12,590 nucleotides of DNA, taken from Ascoidea asiatica JCM 7603. Its lineage: Eukaryota; Fungi; Ascomycota. Every line of letters begins with the position of its first letter. Position 1 is the stretch's first letter. Below are positions 1 to 8,034 of this stretch, one piece after another. The stretch lies in contig BCKQ01000002.1 of NCBI GenBank assembly GCA_001600695.1, positions 1,396,562 to 1,409,151 of the forward strand, in the 5' to 3' direction. Both the position numbers and the translations under genes were made by a program. Under the pieces are notes generated by a model that searched no databases, was not told where the DNA came from, and saw only the letters and a program-made list of their open reading frames with translations.

Positions 1-95
<95 letters not shown>
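1..95 (-). repeat. Pure (AAT)n/(TTA)n microsatellite, at least 31 units, coding poly-Asn
   Basis: TTA repeated without interruption 1-93; reads as AAT codons 95 to 3 in the frame of the minus-strand ORF; truncated by the window edge. Confidence 0.97.
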
Positions 96-896
96 TATAG
101 TATTAGTTTCATATTTTGCTAAAGTATTATCAAGAAATAACTTATCTTTATTTTTGTCAGGTGTTTTAAAATTATTGTCATTTAAAATTGATTCTTTTTT
201 ATAATTGAATATTTGATTTGTATTATCTATTTGATTTATTTGGGATCTATCTTGAAAAATTTGGTTTTCTTTATTTTTACTATTTTCATTTATTTCATTA
301 TTTTTATTATTCTCATTATCTTCAGATTCACTTTCAGTTTCTATTGCATTTTCAGTATATTCATAATCGAAATCGAAATCATCTTCATTTTGAGTATTAT
401 CTACCAAAGCTTGTGAGTTTTCATTGTTTGATTCACTTTCACTTTCACTCTCATTATCACTCTCATTACTTTGAGATTGATATTCATCTTCGTATTCATT
501 ATTTGAACATTGTTCGTTTTGAGATTTTATATTATATTGTGAATAATCTACAGCTTCATTTTCATCAATTATATTATATTTTAAATTTTTTTTATAAGAT
601 ACAATTTTAAATAAAGTATTTAAAATATTTATTGCCCTTAAATTTAATGGATTGTTTATAAAAGATTTATATTCATCGAATGAATTTTTTATTAAATTGA
701 AATTATAATGAAGAGAAATGATTGATAAATTTAATAATTTCTTTAAAATTTTAAAATTTGGTAGATTTACAAAATTTGTAAAATTATTAAATAAATTTTC
801 TTCAAAATAGGTTAATAAAGAATCATAATTATTTAAAGATATTAAAGAATCAAGATAAGAATTATTTAATCTTGTTAGTTCTTTGGCCTTTGACAT
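1..896 (-). CDS. Hypothetical protein, 5' part only (at least 298 codons, runs off the left edge). Helical-looking N-terminal ~110 aa, then an acidic E/D/S/N tract and poly-Asn
   Basis: Manual translation from ATG at 896 (A at -3; in-frame TAA upstream at 914-912): MSKAKELTRLNNSYLDSLISLNNYDSLLTYFEENLFNNF...ESDNESESESESNNE...YETNTINNNNN. No stop codon before position 1 in very AT-rich DNA. Absent from the ORF track, presumably because it has no stop within the window. Confidence 0.88.
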
Positions 897-1312
897 TATT
901 TCTATTTGATATTAAGCAATATAATATATTCTTTTATTATTATATTACTACAATTACTTGATCCTTATTTATACAACTATTTAATGTTAATTTCTATAAT
1001 GAAAAATGATGAAATATAATTCAAAAGCACCTAAATAAGGTTTATGAAAGTGGTATTGGCACTAATCATTTTCATTGCTAATAAAAAAGTAGTAATTTTG
1101 CTGTTAGCCCAAATATCAATATCCGTAGTATCGGGACAATCAAATAAATGAATAAATAAATAAAGTGAATTAAAAGTAATAAACGCTCACTGTGGGACTC
1201 GATCTGAGATCTTAGATTATTAAAAAAGTAAAATTTATTAAAAAACATTTGAATTACCATATTTTACTAGCCACGTTTTTCACTCGCCATGTATTTACAA
1301 GCCGCATTTTTG

Positions 1313-1334
1313 TTTGCCACTCTGGAGGGTGGCG
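1313..1334. promoter_or_regulatory. Pair of Rpn4 (PACE)-like sites
   Basis: TTTGCCACT 1313-1321 (AGTGGCAAA on minus; PACE is GGTGGCAAA, and AGTGGCAAA is a known variant) and GGTGGCG 1328-1334 in the opposite orientation. Confidence 0.5.
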
Positions 1335-1725
1335 TTGTGAAGAGCCCACGGAGGGAAACGGTGGGAGAAAGCTCGCGGCACAGCTTAGCACCGTTGGTAA
1401 GCGTTGCGCTTAGACCATCTCAGTAACACACTGTTTCGTTACCATTATTAATACCAAAGATAAAATACCTTTATTTTAAGTCTATTCAAGACCAGTTTAA
1501 TATATTACTTGTACTTCTGCAGTATTTCCTGTTTATTTAACTAATAAAAAATACTGCTTACAAATTAATATCAATAACCGATAATCAAGAATAAAACAAT
1601 ATAATTGTAATTCAAAGGCAGTTGATTTAAATCCAAAACGACCTTTTTCTTGTAGAATGCTTAACTTTTGCATCACTTAATTTCTCCTTTCAAGATTAAT
1701 TCAAAATTTAGTTAAACTTGCTTTA

Positions 1726-1862
1726 ATTCAATTCGATCAAATCAATTTATATTCAAATCAAATCAGATCATTTCTGATCAAATTTCCCTAACCTAATCTT
1801 ATCATATAATATCGTATCACATAACATAATATAATATAATATCAAATTAAATCATATCATAC
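1726..1862 (+). repeat. Degenerate pentamer array (ATCAA/ATCAT/ATAAT-type) just upstream of MUB1
   Basis: Runs such as ttcaa atcaa atcag atcat and atcat ataat atcgt atcac ataac ataat ataat ataat atcaa attaa atcat atcat. Confidence 0.65.
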
Positions 1863-1909
1863 ACTTATACATTTATCTTAAAAAAATCCTTTATACTCTT
1901 ATAAATATT

Positions 1910-4900
1910 ATGAGACAACCAAATAATTTCTCAATAACAAATAATCGTGCTGTATTTTCAATCTCTCAAACTCTGTATGATAAAAAAGGTTTAGATTCTT
2001 CTAATGATAAAGTTTTAGTAAATTCTTTAAATAATTTAACTTCTTTAGTTAGTACTTCTCCAAAAGTAAGAGATACTCTTTCAAATGATGGTGGTATTGA
2101 AAGATTAATAGACATTTTAAAAAATTCATATATTAATCAAATTGATAATTTCAATGATAATTTAAATTTCTTCAATTTATATCATTTGAATCATAATGAT
2201 TTTTTATCTCCAAACTTCAACTCAATTTCAAATTCAAATTCAGATTCAAATTCAAATGATTTATTTAATTTATCTATATTCGATGATGATTTTAATAAAT
2301 TCAAAAATGAATTTAAATTATATATTCTAAAGTTCATAAATAATAATAATCATAATGATATTACCAATAGTAATAATAATATTAATAAATCAATTGAAAT
2401 ATCTTTAAAATTTAATTCCTTTTATAAATTTTTAATCAATTATCAATTTATGTTAACTCAATCCTTAAAAAGGAAATTAATTGAAAAAAAAATTTTAATT
2501 GGTTGGAAATGGACTTTAGCAATACAGGTTTTAGTTTTATGTGGTACAAGAGGTAATGAACTAATTAGAAAAAAAATTGTTAAATCTGGTATAATTCCAA
2601 TAATTACAACTGTTTTAGATAATTATTTATTTTTTAAAAATAATATTTTAAAACAACAAAATTTAATTCAACAACAATTTTCAAATCAATCACAGTCTCA
2701 GTCTCAGTCTCAGACACAATCTCAATTTCAACCCACTAATACCACCAATAATAATAATAGTAATAATAATAATAATAATGAAATTAATCAAAATTCAGAA
2801 AATTTTGTAGCTTTAACTGATTTACATAGAAGAAGAGAAGAATTATTAGAAAGAGTAAGAAATGCAAATAGAAATTATCATCCAAGAAATAATGTTTTGC
2901 CAATTCCAATTTCAATACCAAATAGATCAAGAAATAGAACAAGATCCCCCTTAACCGAATTTTCGACTACTTCTACCACAATTTCATCTTCAATTTCATC
3001 TCCAATTCAAAATTCAAATATAAATCGTAACATAAATCAAAATCAAAATCTAAATCCAAACACAAATTCAATTACTCCTTCTCCTTCTCCTTATTTTTCT
3101 CCTCCTCTTTTAACTTCAATTCAATCAAATCAGCAAAATAATTTAAATTTAAATAATATTTCACCAATTTTAAATACTTCAAATTTTGATTCAAATATAA
3201 ATTCAACAAATATTCAATATTATAATAATTTATATATTGATTTTTCAAAAATGTTAAATACAATAGATAAAACAAGATCAATTTTAAATAAAATTGATTT
3301 AACTTCTGATAATTCTAAAGATAAATTAAATTTCTTAACAAATCTAGTTAAAAGTATACAAAATATGACTGAAATTGTAAATAATATCAATTCAAATCTA
3401 AAAAATTTAAATCTTTCAAAAAATAATTTAAATATAATCTCAAACCAATTTCATTCAAATAACTTAATACAAAATAATTTAATTAATCAATTAAATCAAT
3501 TAAATCTATTTAATCAATTCAATAATGATAACAATAACAATGATGACAATAGCAATAGCAATAGCAATAATAATAATAATAATAATAATAAGAATAATAG
3601 TAATAATGAAATTAGTGATCATGATAGTAATAAATCCATCAATAAAAATGAAGAAAAAAATTTAGAAACAAGTCCAGATTCATATCCTAACTCCTTATCA
3701 GATTCTGTTCAATCAAATAGTATAGCTTCATTGTCTCAAGTATTGCCAAATTCTTTAAATTCAAACGAAGTTCTTCCTTCAAATCCTGCAACCAACTCAT
3801 TATCAAATGTTAGATTAAATAATAATAATAATAAAAACAATAATAGTAATAATAACAATACTAGTTTACTTGATACTTTAATAACAACTATGAATAACAT
3901 TTCTAGTAAAAGTAATGAAAATTTACTTCAAGAAAAAAAATCAAAAGAATCAATTCAAAATACCAATTTTATTGAAACCAGGTTGAAAAACAATAATTTA
4001 AAGTGTGTCCGTAATGAAGAAATTCCCATAGATTTACTTAATGTATCTTCCATTAATAAAGATTTAATATTCAAATTAAATAATTTTGGTGAAATAAATA
4101 TAAGATGTGAGAAAAATTTAACTCATAGAGCCTATTGTTCTTTACTTATAAGAAGACTTTATATAATTAACAATATTCTTCAAGAAATATTCAATAATGA
4201 TTCATGTTCTACGTTGAGTCTTAATGATAATGATTTCGGTAAGAAAGATTCATCTATACTACTGGACTTTAGAGGAAATGTTTCTTTTTCCTACTTTGAT
4301 CCCTCCGATAATAACAATAATAATAACAATACTATTGATAATTTCAATTCTGAAGTGCTTCATGACCAAGTGGAAAATCCTGAAATTATCCTGTATATTG
4401 ACCACTTCATTCAATCAATAATCAGCTCAATTAATGAAAACTTTAATACTACTTATTCTATTGATTCATCTTTTTTGGAAGATACTTCCGAAGAAAACCA
4501 AGATTCATTTATGAATCCAAATGATATACCTCTAGAAAACTTTTTTTTCGAACGAGCGATAAAATATAACAGTGCAGAAGAAACAAATAATGATGCCTCA
4601 AAACAGCTCAAATCAAATATTTTCAACATCTTGAAAGAAAATGATTTTAGCTTATCTTCCAACAAGAATAGCATTGATTCAAATTTTGGAGAAAATAATC
4701 CCACTCAACCTTCAATTAACTCGGAGAATATTTCAAATAGAACTCAAACCACAATTGAGAATATTATCAATTCGTTTAACAGCAAGTCTCCCTCGAATAA
4801 ATTATATTCATTTCCTAATATTTTTTCAAACAGTATAAGAGGAGTAGAAGAAAATTTGAGCAATAATGACAGTTTTTTCAATATAAGAAATAATACTACT

Positions 4901-6895
4901 AATTTAAATAATTTAAATTCTTCTTTATTGGAAAATATAACCATCCGTAATTCTCATATAAACTCACTTGATGCAACAACAATGATTTCACCAAGAGAAT
5001 TTTATAAGGGTAAAATCATTCCAAAGGATGATGACATTATATGGTCTCTTCAATTATTAGCATTTATATCCAAGTACGCTTCTCTCAAAGATTATTTACA
5101 GTTTAGTTATATCGTTCCAAAGCTTTCTTTGAGGAATTATCCGAATGGAAAAAATACTTACAATATGTATATCGATGACTTACAAAAAGGAGTTCTTGAA
5201 AGAGGAGATTGGCTTACTACTCGGAATATAGTATCTCATCAACAGAAACAAAAGGTGGATAAATTTTTGAAGAATAGTTGGATCGGACATGAATTTTCTG
5301 AAGATGATATACTAGCACAGCGATTAGAACATTTAAAAAAACTCGATTTGGAGGAGAGTTTTACCGACGATTATACCGATAACTGTAAGTTTGAGGATAT
5401 TGTTAATCTTGATTCTTCTGATGACAATACAATTCGGGAGTATAGCTGCAATCAAGCGAAATGTGAAATGAGACATGATGATGATTTGTTGGAACTATTC
5501 TATCTAATTTTTAAATATGAAGAATTTGAAAATATAAAAAATTCAAGACTAGTGAATAATAGAAGTGTGAAATGTCGGACTAATAGCTTACCTGGTGAAA
5601 CAACTTTATCTAGCGATATTGATACAGAAGAAGATAATAGTATTAGTGATGATAACATAGGTCATATAACTCGTGTAATTATTTCTAATTTCTATAAGAG
5701 TGTGTCCCAAATCGAAAAAATTGATAACATGATGAAACTAAATATAAAAAATTTATCAAGGAAGTATGATGAAGTTGAAAGCATCTTAACTGAATTTGAA
5801 AATGATATTGATGATAAGGAAGCTTTTTTATTGTTTTATGAAACAAACAAGATTTTGTTGCTAACTTTGATTGATGATTTATTCGTGAGAGTAACAAAAG
5901 AGTATGAGAAACGTTCTTCTAAATGGAAAAAATTGGAATATTATAAAACTAAAAAGGCTTTAATGAAAAGCAAATGGAATTATGATAATTATAATTTCGA
6001 TGACAATGATTATTCGAAATTTCTTGAAGAAGGAAATTTAGAAGGCTTCCATGAGAATTTTTTACATCTTCCTTTTAATTATTCAAGATACCCCTTGGTG
6101 ACTTCTGCAGTTAAAAATTACCATCATGAATCAATGCCGTCTGTTAATCATTTAACAGTTTATTTGAACAAGAAAAATTTCAAGAGAAGTCCTGATGATA
6201 CATCACCTTTCTGTCGGGATATTAATAAAAAATCAGTAATAGTTTCCAAGCATGATTTTGATTACTCTTCACTTCCATTGGACTTTGTTAATATATTTCC
6301 TCTTGTTGAAAAATTCACAAATAGGAGCCTTTTCAGTACTGATTTTGGATATTGGGCAGATGTTATTATGAGGAACTCTTGTAGAAAAGATGATGTACGA
6401 GGTGGTGTTCGTCAATGCGCGTATTCTAGTTGTGGTAGATGGGAAGCTCATCCAAGAGATTTTGCTAAATGTAGAAGATGTCGCAGAACCAAATATTGTT
6501 CCAAAAAGTGTCAGCAAGATGCTTGGCCTTATCATAGACACTGGTGTGCTCCTCCGAAATCAACTACTTCTTCAACTCCATCTTCTTCTAGTGCTGTAAA
6601 TGACTCTAATGAAATTGCTACTGCAGTTTCAAGAGAATCAGTAATGACATCTGCACCAAATACTGCAGAAGCTTTTAACACTGCAAACATAAATCATCAA
6701 CCATTCATTGGAACAGATGGTGTTCTGGGTATAGAAAACGAGGGTGGAGATATCAATGAAATCGCAGAAATAAATCCCGAACAAAACGATATAAACAATG
6801 GTGATATGATACTGAATAATGAAGAAAATTCTAATTCAAACATTCTAAATTTATTTAATAATGACCAGGAGACTGATAGGAGGAGGCAGCGATAG
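1910..6895 (+). CDS. MUB1: MYND-type zinc finger protein Mub1/SamB (Ubr2 ubiquitin ligase cofactor), 1661 aa with large Asn-rich insertions
   Basis: All recalled family blocks occur in order: TLYDKKGLD..LVNSLNNLTSLVSTSPKVRDTLSNDGGIERLIDIL; WKWTLAIQVLVLCGTRGNELIRKKIVKSGIIPIITTVLDNYL (2504-2629); PKDDDIIWSLQLLAFISKY (~5021-5077); NIFPLVEKFT..W..IMRNSCRKDDVRGGVRQC; MYND finger CAYSSC..CRRC....YCSKKCQ..AW..HRHWC (6416-6547). Confidence 0.96.
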   Translation: MRQPNNFSITNNRAVFSISQTLYDKKGLDSSNDKVLVNSLNNLTSLVSTSPKVRDTLSNDGGIERLIDILKNSYINQIDNFNDNLNFFNLYHLNHNDFLSPNFNSISNSNSDSNSNDLFNLSIFDDDFNKFKNEFKLYILKFINNNNHNDITNSNNNINKSIEISLKFNSFYKFLINYQFMLTQSLKRKLIEKKILIGWKWTLAIQVLVLCGTRGNELIRKKIVKSGIIPIITTVLDNYLFFKNNILKQQNLIQQQFSNQSQSQSQSQTQSQFQPTNTTNNNNSNNNNNNEINQNSENFVALTDLHRRREELLERVRNANRNYHPRNNVLPIPISIPNRSRNRTRSPLTEFSTTSTTISSSISSPIQNSNINRNINQNQNLNPNTNSITPSPSPYFSPPLLTSIQSNQQNNLNLNNISPILNTSNFDSNINSTNIQYYNNLYIDFSKMLNTIDKTRSILNKIDLTSDNSKDKLNFLTNLVKSIQNMTEIVNNINSNLKNLNLSKNNLNIISNQFHSNNLIQNNLINQLNQLNLFNQFNNDNNNNDDNSNSNSNNNNNNNNKNNSNNEISDHDSNKSINKNEEKNLETSPDSYPNSLSDSVQSNSIASLSQVLPNSLNSNEVLPSNPATNSLSNVRLNNNNNKNNNSNNNNTSLLDTLITTMNNISSKSNENLLQEKKSKESIQNTNFIETRLKNNNLKCVRNEEIPIDLLNVSSINKDLIFKLNNFGEINIRCEKNLTHRAYCSLLIRRLYIINNILQEIFNNDSCSTLSLNDNDFGKKDSSILLDFRGNVSFSYFDPSDNNNNNNNTIDNFNSEVLHDQVENPEIILYIDHFIQSIISSINENFNTTYSIDSSFLEDTSEENQDSFMNPNDIPLENFFFERAIKYNSAEETNNDASKQLKSNIFNILKENDFSLSSNKNSIDSNFGENNPTQPSINSENISNRTQTTIENIINSFNSKSPSNKLYSFPNIFSNSIRGVEENLSNNDSFFNIRNNTTNLNNLNSSLLENITIRNSHINSLDATTMISPREFYKGKIIPKDDDIIWSLQLLAFISKYASLKDYLQFSYIVPKLSLRNYPNGKNTYNMYIDDLQKGVLERGDWLTTRNIVSHQQKQKVDKFLKNSWIGHEFSEDDILAQRLEHLKKLDLEESFTDDYTDNCKFEDIVNLDSSDDNTIREYSCNQAKCEMRHDDDLLELFYLIFKYEEFENIKNSRLVNNRSVKCRTNSLPGETTLSSDIDTEEDNSISDDNIGHITRVIISNFYKSVSQIEKIDNMMKLNIKNLSRKYDEVESILTEFENDIDDKEAFLLFYETNKILLLTLIDDLFVRVTKEYEKRSSKWKKLEYYKTKKALMKSKWNYDNYNFDDNDYSKFLEEGNLEGFHENFLHLPFNYSRYPLVTSAVKNYHHESMPSVNHLTVYLNKKNFKRSPDDTSPFCRDINKKSVIVSKHDFDYSSLPLDFVNIFPLVEKFTNRSLFSTDFGYWADVIMRNSCRKDDVRGGVRQCAYSSCGRWEAHPRDFAKCRRCRRTKYCSKKCQQDAWPYHRHWCAPPKSTTSSTPSSSSAVNDSNEIATAVSRESVMTSAPNTAEAFNTANINHQPFIGTDGVLGIENEGGDINEIAEINPEQNDINNGDMILNNEENSNSNILNLFNNDQETDRRRQR

Positions 6896-8034
6896 AAACC
6901 CTGAATGAAACCTCTTGTTAGCGAGCCGTCAATTATTGTTTTTCAAAAAATTATCCCTATTTGTTTTCTTAGGTAAATTACTTTTTATCAATTTACTTTT
7001 CGAATCCAACTTTTATTTTTGAGATGTTGCCTTTCGTATTTATTTTCTATATCTCATTATATAAGGTCATTGATAATATAAAAACAATTATTATAATTAG
7101 ACTATATTTTCTATGAAGTTATGAATATATTGCAGGTTTTTCAGTAAAAAAATAAAACCGTTGCTTAATTTCAAACTTTCATTATTGATGCTTGAAAAGC
7201 ATTTTATGAAATAATTCTCTTTTGAAAGCATTGCTGATATTAAAGAATTCTAGGAAGTAATATCAAAATGTGTAGCAAAAAGATAATATTTCATTTGAAA
7301 CTGATTAAACAAATGGCTTAAATTTAATTCGAATGGTATTTTACTGCATTCGGTTCAAATATACTGTATATTTGAAGGACAGAACTTTTAATTGTAATGG
7401 GATTACATAGTTTCAAAGACAGTTTTATAGAACAATTTTTTGATTCCTGATTGATTTCTGATAATACTATATTTCTTTAACCCTTTCTTTGATAAATTGA
7501 AAAAAAGTTTGTGAATTGTTTTATAAATCATTTTTTGTAAAAAAAACTTCTTGACAAGGGTTTTTGAAAAAAATGTAGGATTCCGAGTAGAAAGCAATTA
7601 TGAAATGCCGAAGTACTTCTATTGGATGTTCAAATTCTTGTTACCGACTTATATTTGCGTAATTTAAAGGATACCTGCGTCAATAAATAATTTACAAAAT
7701 GATTTCAAATGCCGAAAATTTGTTATTTATATTTATTAATAAGTTATATAAGATATTTAAGATATAACTCTTATAAAACATTGATATTATATTGAAATGA
7801 ATAAAAATTATCAATATATTAAGGACCCTAAGAAAAATCAAGAATGTAACTTTTCTATTCCAAACCATCTCTAATACTAACTGTCTGTCAATAACTTATT
7901 AGAATATAAGTAAAAACATATGAAAATTTGTTAAATAGAAGAAATAACAAAAGTAACAGAAGTTTTCTTTAATATTATTTAAAAAATTAGTATATATTAT
8001 TAAAAATATTTTTTTAATAATTTTTTTTTCCCCA

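Larger units (their letters stand above)
897..1909. promoter_or_regulatory. Divergent promoter region for the left ORF and MUB1, with a GC-rich core at about 1270-1445
   Basis: Head-to-head ATGs at 896(-) and 1910(+). GC-rich island visible against the AT background, containing GCCAC/GTGGC motifs. Confidence 0.7.

Noticed and set aside
213-610. Plus-strand ORFs 213-416 and 218-610
   Set aside because: Antisense shadows of the acidic/Asn-rich minus-strand gene, with the I/F/Y/H-rich composition typical of that artefact.
1351-1586. RNase P CR-I-like GGGAAACGGTGG with a downstream ACCGAT
   Set aside because: P4 would have only 4 bp, the intervening DNA is unstructured AT sequence, and CR-II to CR-IV were not found.
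3072-6599. Short ORFs nested in or antisense to MUB1 (also 8666-8851 within the MFS gene)
   Set aside because: They overlap a well-supported CDS, are short and have no recognisable motifs.
7875-7902. TACTAAC branch point followed by TAG on plus
   Set aside because: No canonical GTATGT/GTAAGT donor seen upstream and no exon ORF; a chance hit is expected at this AT content.
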